Below, piece after piece: positions 27,788 through 36,937 of a stretch of 64,000 nucleotides of DNA. Position numbers and translations under genes: made by a program. Within the stretch, counting starts at the first letter, position 1; each line of letters starts with the position of its first letter. This DNA comes from Candidatus Latescibacterota bacterium (GTDB lineage Bacteria > JAAXHH01), in contig JAJEEG010000006.1 of NCBI GenBank assembly GCA_022821085.1, positions 268,405-332,404 on the forward strand. The letters are read 5' to 3'. The notes under the pieces were generated by a model. It was not told the origin of the DNA, made no database searches, and worked only from the letters and a program-made list of their open reading frames with translations.

Positions 27788-28711
27788 GTGCTACGCCACC
27801 TCGCCAGGCTGTTACTCTTTCTTGTATTTCTAGGCTGTGAGGGACCGACGGGTCCGGAGGGTCCGGCCGGACCGGCGGGGCAGGCCGGCGCCGCCGGTCC
27901 GCAGGGTATCCAGGGTCCGGCGGGACCGCAGGGCGAACCCGGGGAGACGCTGGACTGGTCGGACGTAATCGAGACCGAGAATCTGGGGGACGCGGTCTAC
28001 GCGATCGGGGTGCAGATCCAGGGGAAGAACTACGTGCTGGGTTCGGGTTTCGTCGCACACTTCACAAATGCCGTCTGGACCAATGCCCGCGTCGTTCAGG
28101 CCGTCCTCATTTCGACCACGTTTATCGACCACCTCAACCCGCGGGCCTTTGCCGTCAAGTCGGGCACGGAGATTGGCGGCGCCGACACGTACTGGCTGGA
28201 GAACTACTGGGTTCATCCCGACTACGACGGCACAGCCGGCTCGCCCGACGCGGCCCTGCTCATCATCGACGCGAACCTGACGGACCTGCCGTTCTTCCTG
28301 CCCAGGGACCAGGCCCAGGGCCTGCGCGCGGGACAGCCCATCGGTACGATCGGGTTTCCGGAGGAAGAAACGGGCGAGTCCGTCACGGTCCCCATCGCCA
28401 CGTTCAATGGCGGCACGATCGGCGCGCTGAGGCCCTTCGAAGACGCGGTCCCCACGCCGGCGAACAGCCGGATCATCCAGCATGACCTGGACAATTCCGG
28501 CCGAACGAGCGGCAGTCTCATTTTTGATCACTCGGGATACATCGTCGGGATGAATTTCGCCGGGATCTTCCGGGTCGCCTACGACGCCCGGACCGGGGAG
28601 CCCACGCGCGTTCCGTCGGGAAACCCCGGCCTCGCCGTCCGCGTGGACGAGCTCTGGCGCCTCTACGACCTGGCAAGGGGGAGTGGGCGCCAGGTCGTGC
28701 TACTTCCCTAG
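27788..28711 (+). CDS. lipoprotein with collagen-like stalk and trypsin-like (S1/Trypsin_2) domain, possibly non-canonical
   Basis: Lipobox LGCEG followed by about 35 residues of G-X-Y repeats. Then GSGFV...TNARVV (Arg where the catalytic His is expected), DAALLIID (Asp box) and GRTSGSLIF (Ser box). Confidence 0.65.
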   Translation: MLRHLARLLLFLVFLGCEGPTGPEGPAGPAGQAGAAGPQGIQGPAGPQGEPGETLDWSDVIETENLGDAVYAIGVQIQGKNYVLGSGFVAHFTNAVWTNARVVQAVLISTTFIDHLNPRAFAVKSGTEIGGADTYWLENYWVHPDYDGTAGSPDAALLIIDANLTDLPFFLPRDQAQGLRAGQPIGTIGFPEEETGESVTVPIATFNGGTIGALRPFEDAVPTPANSRIIQHDLDNSGRTSGSLIFDHSGYIVGMNFAGIFRVAYDARTGEPTRVPSGNPGLAVRVDELWRLYDLARGSGRQVVLLP

Positions 28712-29069
28712 CAGGACTTTCCGCACCTAGCCTTCAGATCCTACCCAGCCTTCAAACCCTTCCCGGATAGATGGAACGGCGAGGCGGAACTTTCGTAACA
28801 CAGGATTCCGGCCTGATCGCTAACGATCCGGAAGCGCTGGCGGTATGTGTTTGTGCCTTCCTCCCCTCCCATGCTCAAATAACCACATTTTAACCCCATA
28901 ACATCACGCTTAAATTATATGTCAAGGTATTGAAACAGATGATACCTGGCTATGGGTGATTTTATGTTGTAAATCCAAATATGATGCATACTTTGATCAT
29001 TCCACTTTGCAGAATGTTAGTCGAAAACTCGAATGTAATGCCGACCACACCGGTCCCGGGGAACGTCCT

Positions 29070-30968
29070 ATGAATATCCGTCCTTTGAAGCGTCTGTACA
29101 TAACGACCTTCTCAAGTTTCAGTACTGTATTTTTGATCACGGCCTGTCTGGTCCTGGTCACCTGCGGCAAGGACAGCACGACGAAGCCTGCGGCGCCTGA
29201 ACCGCCTCCGCCCGCAACACCCGCGCCGCCGCCCCCGGCGCCCGTACCTACCCGGATTACGATCACCCCTTCGTCCGTTTCGCTCAACTCCGTTGGCCAG
29301 ACCATGCCCTTGACGGCCAAGGTCTTCGATCAGAACAACGCGGTGCTCGGCAGTGCAACAGTTTCGTGGTCCAGCAGCGACGAGGGCGTGGCGACGGTCG
29401 GCAGCCGGGGGTTGGTCACCGCCGTCTCGAACGGTACGGCGACCATCACGGCGAGTTCAGGCATCGCTTCTGCGACCGCGGCCGTCACGGTGATGCAGTC
29501 CGCAAGCCGCATCGTCCTTGAGTCGTCCTCGGCAACGCTTGTGTCCCTCGGGGAAACCGTGCAACTCACCGCCACTGTGCAGGATGCGAACGGTCAAGCA
29601 GTAGACGGCGCGGCTGTAACCTGGTCGAGCAGCGACGAGGGCGTGGCGACAGTCGGCGCCCAGGGCTTGGTCACGGCAGTCTCGAACGGCAGCGCCACGA
29701 TCACGGCCAGATCGGGCAGCGTTTCTGCGACCGCGGCCGTCACGGTCATGCAAACCGCCCACGGAATCGTCCTTGAACCGCAGATGGCGACGCTCACCAG
29801 GGCCGGCGAGACCGTGCAGCTGGCCGCGGCCGTACTGGACCTGAACGAACAGCCCGTGGACGGCGCCACCGTCTCATGGGCCAGTAGCGACCCGGGCGTC
29901 GCGGCGGTCGACGATGATGGACTGGTGACGGCGGTTGCGAACGGCAGCGCCGGGATCACCGCGTCTTACGGCGACATATCCGCCACGGCCCGGATCGAAG
30001 TGGAGATCGCCGACCCGGGCGATAGAGACGCGTTGATTGCGCTGTATGTCGCCCTTGACGGACCGAACTGGACGTATAATACCAACTGGCTGTCCGACCT
30101 GCCTCTGGGTGAGTGGTATGGCGTGGGCACCGACGACACTGGAAGAGTCACCTGGCTGAGTCTCGCCTTCAACGAACTCAGCGGCGCCATTCCTTCGGAA
30201 CTGGGCAATCTGGCCAAACTGGAGGAACTCAATCTTAGCCAGAATCGGTTGTCGTGCGTGATTCCACCTGAATTGGGGAACCTGACCAACCTGTACGGGC
30301 TCTACCTTTACTCCATTCCGATCTTGCCGGCGGTCTTTCCGCCGGAGTGGGATCCTGTCCCCGACCCGGCTTGCCGCATCCCTGCCGAGTTGGGGAACCT
30401 GACCAACCTGGAGGAACTGAGGCTTGGCCTCAGAACGCTGTCTGGCCGCATTCCTGCCGAGTTGGGGAACCTGACCAACCTGCAGGTACTGGATCTCCGC
30501 TTCAACGCATTGTCCGGCGGCGTGCCGCCGGAACTGGGGAAGCTGCCCAACCTGTATTCGTTGAATCTCGGTTTCAACGCGTTATCTGGCAGCATCCCTG
30601 CCGAGTTGGGGAATCTGGCCAATCTGATGGAACTGAACCTGACCCTCAACGCGTTGTCGGGCAGCATCCCGCCTGAGTTGGGCAACCTGGCCGGCCTGGA
30701 AGTGCTGGAACTTGGCTTAAATGCGTTGTCCGGCAGTGTCCCGCCTGAGTTGGGAAACCTCTCCGAACTCACATATCTTTCTTTGGTTTACAATGAGGAC
30801 CTGTCGGGTCCGCTGCCCGCCACGTTCACCAACCTCAACTACCTGGAGGGGTTGGATCTGTCTTATACCGGCTTGTGCGTGCCGCCGGAACCTGCGTTCC
30901 GGGCGTGGCTGGAGCGGTTTCAGGCTGCCGATCAAGTGGTGTACTGCGGAGGGATGCAGGGCGGTTAA
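29070..30968 (+). CDS. Big_2 + LRR surface lipoprotein (paralog family)
   Basis: Start placed at the ATG (29070) that gives the signal peptide/lipobox LVTCGKDS. Pro-rich linker. Four Big_2 domains (VPTRITI...). About 9 LRRs. C-cap GLCVPPEPAFRAWLERF...C. Confidence 0.75.
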   Translation: MNIRPLKRLYITTFSSFSTVFLITACLVLVTCGKDSTTKPAAPEPPPPATPAPPPPAPVPTRITITPSSVSLNSVGQTMPLTAKVFDQNNAVLGSATVSWSSSDEGVATVGSRGLVTAVSNGTATITASSGIASATAAVTVMQSASRIVLESSSATLVSLGETVQLTATVQDANGQAVDGAAVTWSSSDEGVATVGAQGLVTAVSNGSATITARSGSVSATAAVTVMQTAHGIVLEPQMATLTRAGETVQLAAAVLDLNEQPVDGATVSWASSDPGVAAVDDDGLVTAVANGSAGITASYGDISATARIEVEIADPGDRDALIALYVALDGPNWTYNTNWLSDLPLGEWYGVGTDDTGRVTWLSLAFNELSGAIPSELGNLAKLEELNLSQNRLSCVIPPELGNLTNLYGLYLYSIPILPAVFPPEWDPVPDPACRIPAELGNLTNLEELRLGLRTLSGRIPAELGNLTNLQVLDLRFNALSGGVPPELGKLPNLYSLNLGFNALSGSIPAELGNLANLMELNLTLNALSGSIPPELGNLAGLEVLELGLNALSGSVPPELGNLSELTYLSLVYNEDLSGPLPATFTNLNYLEGLDLSYTGLCVPPEPAFRAWLERFQAADQVVYCGGMQGG

Positions 30969-31062
30969 TGATTCAACACGTTCGTGCTGAATCGCAATCG
31001 AGTGTCCGTTGCCTCGCGTTATCGTCACTTCGCCGACCATTCTGTACAGCCCGGACTGACGC
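30965..31062 (-). pseudogene. frameshifted remnant duplicating the 3' end of gene 32156..32896
   Basis: About 100 bp at ~85% identity to 32156-32253 (gattcaacacgttcg[t/a]gctgaa[t/c]cgca...ccattctgtacag). It encodes SGLYRMVGEVTI in one frame and LRFSTNVLNH-stop in the adjacent frame. Confidence 0.5.
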
Positions 31063-31395
31063 CCCCGCGTCGGCCTGATCGGCAGGATGAGCTTATGAGG
31101 CGGCAGTTTCATACGCAGTTGAACAGCATCTGCGGAACCGGATCAGGCAACAACGCATGAAACAATGGCCGGGTAATCGGTTGTGTGGGTAAGTCTGTGG
31201 ATAACACTCAGTTCTGTCGCCTGCCCCTGCACGTTTACTGTGTGAATTGAACGCCCCGTGATGCTAAAATCCCGGGGCCTTCTCGTCTTTTGGATGGATG
31301 GGCAGCACAGGATTCGGTAACGACTCGACTGCTTTGATGATTTCGAACTGGTGCACTGCCCGAAAACCAAGTTTAATTTACGAAATATGGAAGAT

Positions 31396-31424
31396 TTGAT
31401 TAGGAAAAACAAATTGTATATACT
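31396..31424 (+). promoter_or_regulatory. sigma70-like promoter candidate (TTGATT-17 bp-TATACT) upstream of the MarR gene
   Basis: Hexamers with 17-bp spacing in an AT-rich intergenic region, about 215 nt upstream of the 31641 start. Confidence 0.3.
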
Positions 31425-31640
31425 ATTTTAAGTATGAGTCAGTTTTCAGGGCTTTCCTATGTCCTCTGAAGCTTAGCAGAATCCGTTTCCATGATCAGGG
31501 AAGATCGAATCGAAGCTCCGATGACCTTGTGTTACTGAATAAGACCGGATACGCGCTCATTCTCATCGTAAGTAGTAGGGTACTATGGCATCCGGCCGAA
31601 CTGCAAGGCGGGGGATCGTAACCAGGGAAAGGTAAAACCG

Positions 31641-32084
31641 ATGAGCAACGACCACAGGGAGGAACTGTGCGACCGGTTGGTAGCCGCGACAGCCGGTCTG
31701 TATCGTCTCGTATATCTGGGCCTTCGGAATGACCGAAGAGATATGCGGGAGACAGAGATGGTTAACCAGTATAAAACCCTGATATTGTTGGCCGACCACG
31801 GACCTGCGAGCGTGAGCCGGATTGCCGATATCAACGAATGCAATGATAGTTCCATAAACAAAGTTCTGGATAGGCTCGAACAAAAAAACATGATCGAGAA
31901 GGAGAGATCTTCGCATGACCGCAGACAAGTCATCTGTGAACTGGCTCCCGAGGGACGGAAGGTGGTGGAGAGGATCGATCATGTCGTCAGGTATCTTGTT
32001 CTGCCGACCACCGAGACCTGGAGCCTGGAGCAACTCGAAGCTTTCGTAGAATCGTTGGAGTCTATGCATCCCGGCCGAGCGTAG
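31641..32084 (+). CDS. MarR family transcriptional regulator
   Basis: 147 aa. Winged-helix region (LADHGPASVSRIADI...VLDRLEQKNMIEKERSSHDRRQVICELAPEG). SD gggaaagg upstream. Confidence 0.8.
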   Translation: MSNDHREELCDRLVAATAGLYRLVYLGLRNDRRDMRETEMVNQYKTLILLADHGPASVSRIADINECNDSSINKVLDRLEQKNMIEKERSSHDRRQVICELAPEGRKVVERIDHVVRYLVLPTTETWSLEQLEAFVESLESMHPGRA

Positions 32085-32155
32085 GCCGCGTCCTGGTCAC
32101 CGAACGAATCACGAGGAAGGTAAACCATGTGTATTCATCGGGAAACCGAACGTCC

Positions 32156-32896
32156 TCAGTGATTCAACACGTTCGAGCTGAACCGCAGTTCCGTAAGTCC
32201 ATCCCGGCCTATCGTAACATCGCCTACCATTCTGTACAGTCCGGACTCGACCGGTGTGTATACGCACAGCTTGTTCTCGCCACGCACCGTGCCGGGTAGG
32301 GTCGTCCAGCCGAATTCATCCTGCCGCTGCCATCTCGAATGGTGAAACCGGTAGCTTGCCGCTTCGTATCCCGTCCCGTACACGGTTTGCGGATCGACGT
32401 CGATGCAGGAGCCGGCCCCCTGCGCGGACAACTCGAAGAACTCCACACGGCCCGCACTGACTACCAGCCTCTGCAATGGATTATAACTTTCGTCGTCGGG
32501 ATGCGCCGGCGCGTTCACCGTTACGGAGATGGTGATCGTCGCGCTGTTCCCGCCTGGGTCCGTCGCCCTGATGGAAACCGTGGCGGTTCCCTCGGCCAAC
32601 GGGTCGATCGTCAGCACCGGACCGGACATAGTGGCCATTACGACCGACGCGTCGCTCGATTCCGCCGAGTAGGTCAGGGGCCGCTCCTCGGGGTCCTTGA
32701 AGGCCGTCGCGAAACTGATCGTAAGGCGCTCCCGCTCCGCGGTCAGCGTCTGCGCTTCGAAGGTCTCGACCACCGTGGGCGCGAAATCATCCGGCGTTCT
32801 CGGCTGGACACTGCTGTCGCCCCCGCATCCCATAGCCAGGGAAACCAGCAGGACAGGTATCATTATTGTTCTCATGGCTTTCTCGCTCCTTGCCAA
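32156..32896 (-). CDS. lipoprotein with Ig-like (Big/cadherin-like) domain
   Basis: Lipobox LAMGCGGD. Beta-sandwich-like segment (TATVSIRATDPGGNSATITISVTV). Its 3' end is duplicated as a remnant at 30965-31062. Confidence 0.6.
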   Translation of the reverse strand: MARSEKAMRTIMIPVLLVSLAMGCGGDSSVQPRTPDDFAPTVVETFEAQTLTAERERLTISFATAFKDPEERPLTYSAESSDASVVMATMSGPVLTIDPLAEGTATVSIRATDPGGNSATITISVTVNAPAHPDDESYNPLQRLVVSAGRVEFFELSAQGAGSCIDVDPQTVYGTGYEAASYRFHHSRWQRQDEFGWTTLPGTVRGENKLCVYTPVESGLYRMVGDVTIGRDGLTELRFSSNVLNH

Positions 32897-33138
32897 CCTG
32901 CTAAGGTAGAATCTTAAGCGGCGACGAACAGTGTATGGCTAATCCCTACTGTTGAGTATTTCTCTGATGACCTGTATAATGATAGATATCTCGTCGGTAG
33001 CAATGCTGGATTTCCGAATGTAATCGTCCGGGGTCATGGGAACAAGTTGGAACCGCCAACCGTCTTGGAAGGTGATCCTCGACCGTCCCGCTTGAATCAG
33101 TCGTAAGGCAGATAACCTTTCTCGCATCGAGGTGTAGC

Positions 33139-33672
33139 ATGACAGAAAAACACCATACGGTCTATTCGCTGCTATCGATCCCCTTCGTGCCACTGCTTGC
33201 GGCTTTGTCGCTGGCAGTGGCGGGTTGTACGGAATCAGCGCAGGACGCACCGACGGCAGACGCTACACCCCCTGCCGCGCCTTCGCACGAGCCGGTCTAT
33301 CTCGTCTCGGAAACCACGGCGAGCATGAACCTGCCCTTCTCCGACGCCGTGCGCGTGGGGCACCTGCTGTTCCTCTCCGGCCAGATCGGAAACATCCCCG
33401 GTACGACGGACCTGGCGCCGGGCGGCATCCAGGGCGAGGCCCGCCAGACCATGGAGAACATCAAGGCGGTCCTGGAAGCCAACGGATCCACCATGGACCG
33501 GGTGTTCAAGGCCACGGTCATGCTGGCGGACATCGCCGAATGGCCCGCCTTCAACGAGGTGTACGTCACGTACTTCCCCGGCGACAAGCCGGCCCGCAGC
33601 GCCTTCGCCGGCAGCGGCCTGGCATTCGGCGCGCGGTGCGAGGTCGAGGTGATCGCCACGGTGGGCGAGTAG
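33139..33672 (+). CDS. RidA/YjgF/TdcF family protein with lipoprotein signal peptide
   Basis: Lipobox LAVAGCTE and a Pro/Ala linker, then the RidA fold signature (...GQIGNIPGT...ARSAFAG...). Confidence 0.75.
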   Translation: MTEKHHTVYSLLSIPFVPLLAALSLAVAGCTESAQDAPTADATPPAAPSHEPVYLVSETTASMNLPFSDAVRVGHLLFLSGQIGNIPGTTDLAPGGIQGEARQTMENIKAVLEANGSTMDRVFKATVMLADIAEWPAFNEVYVTYFPGDKPARSAFAGSGLAFGARCEVEVIATVGE

Positions 33673-33687
33673 GAAAGATCAATAGCC

Positions 33688-34122
33688 ATGGCTAAAGGCA
33701 AGTTCTGGCACGACGGATTGAAGTTCTCCTGCCACGGGTGCGGCCACTGCTGCACCTTCCCGGGTGGATTCATCTACGGCAGCGAGAAGGAGTTCCGGCG
33801 CATCGCCGAATACCTGGACCTGACCTTCGAAACCTTCCTGGAAAGGTACACGGAAGAGATCGACGGCTACGTCTCCCTGGTCTCTCCCAATGACGGTCCC
33901 TGCGTCTTCTACGACCAGGGATGTTCCATCTATCCGGTGCGGCCGTCCCAGTGCAGCAGCTATCCCTTCTGGCAGGACATCCTGAAGTCCAGGCGCCGGT
34001 GGGAACGTGAAGCGGAGACGTGCGGTGGCATGAACCGGGGGAAGCGCTGGACGCGCAAGGAGATCGAGGCGCAGGCGGCAAGCCGGACGGAGCACCTGAT
34101 GGAAGCAAAGAAGCGGGCGTAG
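33688..34122 (+). CDS. YkgJ-family cysteine-cluster protein (UPF0153)
   Basis: CHGCGHCC plus downstream Cys residues (CVFY, GCSIYPVRPSQCSSYPFW). SD upstream. Confidence 0.7.
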   Translation: MAKGKFWHDGLKFSCHGCGHCCTFPGGFIYGSEKEFRRIAEYLDLTFETFLERYTEEIDGYVSLVSPNDGPCVFYDQGCSIYPVRPSQCSSYPFWQDILKSRRRWEREAETCGGMNRGKRWTRKEIEAQAASRTEHLMEAKKRA

Positions 34123-34135
34123 GGAGTGCGGACAC

Positions 34136-35572
34136 ATGGATGAGGATATTCGGGAAGACGAGCGTGTTGATGGGCCGGGGTCGGCAGAGGCGGAAAGCGG
34201 ACCGGGCCGGCTGGACCGGCCGGACCGGCTGAATCGGCTGGACCGCCTGGACCGACGCACGTTCATCAGGGTGAGCGCCCTGGCCGGCATGGCCGGCGCG
34301 GCGGGCGTCGCCGCGTCCGGTTGCACTGGTGCGGGCGAGCAGGATGGATCATCGGAAGGTGGTGGCACGGGCGGTACGAGCGGTGCCGTTGGTACCGGCG
34401 GTTTGGGCGGTGACCCGGAGGCCCTGGCGGCCGACCTGAGGGACAACGTCTACACCCGGCTGCTGGGCGTACGGCCCCATGTCGGTGCCCACGAGCACCT
34501 CTCGAGCATGGGGGGCTCGCGCATGCCGGTCGAGGTAATGGAGGCCATGGCCGAGGCCAACCGCTATTTCGTGGACATGGCGGAACTGCACGACGCGGCG
34601 GGACGGCGCATCGCCGAGATCATGGGGGCGGAGGCCGCCCTGGTCTCGTCTGGCGCCTTCGCGTCGATGCTGGTGGGCGCGGCGGGCGTTTTGACCGGGT
34701 CCGACCAGGAACGGATGCGGCTCCTGCCCAATCCGACCTGGCCGAAGGTGGAGTGCCTGTTCCAGACCGCCCATCGCTTCTTCTACGACAACGTGTTCGG
34801 ATTCGCCGGCATGAAGCTGGTGGAGGTCGGCACCCGCGCGGAATACGAGGCGGCCATCACGGACCGGACGGCGCTGCTCGTGGGCCTGGCCTATATCGAG
34901 CACCAGACGCGGGGCGTCCCGCCCTTCCCCGTGCGCCACCGGCAGGAACACGATCCCGAGACGCTCATGCCCCTGGAGATCATCGAGATCGGCAAGCGCA
35001 GGGGGGTGCCGGTGATGATCGACCTGGCGTCCAACCTGCCGCCGAAGGAGAACCTGACGAAGTACCTGGAAGCCGGCGCCGACCTGGTCGTGGTCAGCGG
35101 CGGCAAGGGGATCCGCGGCCCGAACTCGACGGGGATCCTCGCGGGCCGCGCCGACCTGATCCACGCCGCCCGGATGCAGAACGCGCCGGTGAACGGCATC
35201 GGACGGGGACTGAAGGTCGGCAAGGAGGAGATCGTCGGCCTGGTCGCCGCGCTGGAGCGGTATGTAGCCCTCGACGAAGAAGAGGAGATCGCGGCCTGGA
35301 ACGAGAAGGCCCGCTGGCTGGCGGACCAGTTGCAGGGCATCGACGGCCTGGAAGCCCGCTACGAGCTCAACACCCACGGGTACTGCGACGTGGAACTGCT
35401 CTGGGACGAGGCGGTGATTCCCCTGTCCCGGGAAGACGTGGGCCGGCTGCTGCGCGCGGGCGATCCGAAGATTATCTATGACGGACCGGGTCCGCGAACG
35501 CTGCAGCTCGAGGAAGGCGAAGTCGAACTCGTGGCCCGCAGGCTGCGGGAACTGTTCACCACGGGAAGCTGA
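34136..35572 (+). CDS. SelA-like (fold type I) PLP-dependent enzyme with twin-arginine signal
   Basis: DRRTFIRVSALAGMAGAAGVAASGC is a Tat motif plus possible lipobox. VSGGKGIRGPNSTGILAG resembles the SelA PLP-lysine motif FSGDKLLGGPQAG. Confidence 0.6.
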   Translation: MDEDIREDERVDGPGSAEAESGPGRLDRPDRLNRLDRLDRRTFIRVSALAGMAGAAGVAASGCTGAGEQDGSSEGGGTGGTSGAVGTGGLGGDPEALAADLRDNVYTRLLGVRPHVGAHEHLSSMGGSRMPVEVMEAMAEANRYFVDMAELHDAAGRRIAEIMGAEAALVSSGAFASMLVGAAGVLTGSDQERMRLLPNPTWPKVECLFQTAHRFFYDNVFGFAGMKLVEVGTRAEYEAAITDRTALLVGLAYIEHQTRGVPPFPVRHRQEHDPETLMPLEIIEIGKRRGVPVMIDLASNLPPKENLTKYLEAGADLVVVSGGKGIRGPNSTGILAGRADLIHAARMQNAPVNGIGRGLKVGKEEIVGLVAALERYVALDEEEEIAAWNEKARWLADQLQGIDGLEARYELNTHGYCDVELLWDEAVIPLSREDVGRLLRAGDPKIIYDGPGPRTLQLEEGEVELVARRLRELFTTGS

Positions 35573-35592
35573 AGGATTCCGAAAGGACGGGC

Positions 35593-36804
35593 ATGGCCGA
35601 GGAAAACCCGAACGGACGCGGCACGCCTGGCGGTCCGCCGGCCGGTGACCGGTTGACCTACGAGGATTCCGGCGTGGATTACGACCGGATCGATCCCCTG
35701 AAGGTCCTCGCCCAGCAGGCGGCGCGGGCCACGGGGGCCAACCTCGAGCGCGCGGGTACGGGTGCCCGCGAGGTGGCGGCCAGCCGCGGCGAGTCGGCGT
35801 ACGTGTTGGACATCGGCGACGCGTACCTCGCCTCCATCACCGAATGCCTGGGCACCAAGGCCCTGGTGGCCGACGCGATGCGGAAGGGGCCGGCGGTATC
35901 GGGGGTGTCGGGGCCGCCCGAGGCGTCGGGACGGGAAGCGTCGGGACGGACCTGGTACGACCACATCGCGCAGGACACCATCGCCACGGCCGTCAACGAC
36001 CTCGTCACCGTAGGCGCCAAACCCCTGAGCATCCACGCCTACTGGGCCGCCGGTTCGTCGGACTGGTTCGACGACACCGAACGCATGAACGACCTGGTCG
36101 AGGGTTGGAGGGCGGCCTGCGACGTCCTGGGCGTGGCCTGGGGCGGCGGCGAGACGCCCTGCCTGACCGGCGTGGTGGAGGAAGGCGCCATCGACCTGGC
36201 CGCCTCCTGCGTGGGCATCATCCGGCCGAAGTCGCGCCTCACCCTGGGCGAGGACCTGGCCGCCGGCGACGCGATCGTCCTACTGGAAAGCAGCGGCATC
36301 CACGCCAACGGCCTCACCCTCGCCCGCAAGCTCGCCGAACGGTTGCCGGAGGGGTACGCCACGGTCATGCCCGGCGGCCGGACCTACGGTGAGGCCTTGC
36401 TCGACCCCACCGTGCTCTATCCGCCCGTCACCGAGGCGGCATTCGAGGCCGGCATCGGCCTGCGCTACGTCGCCAACATCACCGGCCACGGCTGGCGAAA
36501 GATCATGCGCCACCCCGGCCGGCTCACCTACCGCATTACCGAACTGCCCCCCGTTCCCGAGGTCCTGCGGTTCATGGTGGATGAGACCCGCCAGACCGCG
36601 GAAGAGGCCTACGGCAGCCTGAACATGGGCGCCGGCTTTGCCCTCTTCGTCCGCCCGGAGGATGGGGACGCGGCCGTGGCCTGCGCCGAGGCGCAAGGCA
36701 TCCGCGCCTGGGTTGCCGGCGTAGTGGAAGATGGCCCCCGCCAGGTGGTCATCGAGCCGCTGGGCGTGACGCTCAGTGGGGAAAGCCTGGCGCTGCGGGA
36801 CTGA
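35593..36804 (+). CDS. AIR-synthase-related (PurM-like) protein
   Basis: YEDSGVDYDRID N-terminal motif and overall PurM-like N-/C-domain layout (403 aa). Confidence 0.7.
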   Translation: MAEENPNGRGTPGGPPAGDRLTYEDSGVDYDRIDPLKVLAQQAARATGANLERAGTGAREVAASRGESAYVLDIGDAYLASITECLGTKALVADAMRKGPAVSGVSGPPEASGREASGRTWYDHIAQDTIATAVNDLVTVGAKPLSIHAYWAAGSSDWFDDTERMNDLVEGWRAACDVLGVAWGGGETPCLTGVVEEGAIDLAASCVGIIRPKSRLTLGEDLAAGDAIVLLESSGIHANGLTLARKLAERLPEGYATVMPGGRTYGEALLDPTVLYPPVTEAAFEAGIGLRYVANITGHGWRKIMRHPGRLTYRITELPPVPEVLRFMVDETRQTAEEAYGSLNMGAGFALFVRPEDGDAAVACAEAQGIRAWVAGVVEDGPRQVVIEPLGVTLSGESLALRD

Positions 36805-36840
36805 GTAGTCGCGTTTCCTTCAGCCTGTCCTGTTGCATCA

Positions 36841-36937
36841 AAAAAAGAAAAACTCCGAGTATTGCCTGGTGATCTCCGACTAAACACTTTAGAGGTCGGT
36901 TGTTCATGCTTTACCGCTATCACCAGGAGATCGGAAA
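36841..36937 (+). promoter_or_regulatory. conserved structured leader (nested inverted repeats overlapping the SD), copy 1
   Basis: Outer stem cctggtgat (36865-36873) pairs with atcaccagg (36919-36927). Inner hairpin ccgac-taaa-cac-ttta-gag-gtcgg. The 3' arm overlaps the AGG of the aggag SD. About 90% identical to 38388-38485. Confidence 0.5.

Noticed and set aside
32939-33250. 103-aa minus-strand ORF overlapping the RidA start
   Set aside because: It overlaps a well-supported gene. Only its 3' ~30 codons lie in the low-GC intergenic region, with no SD.
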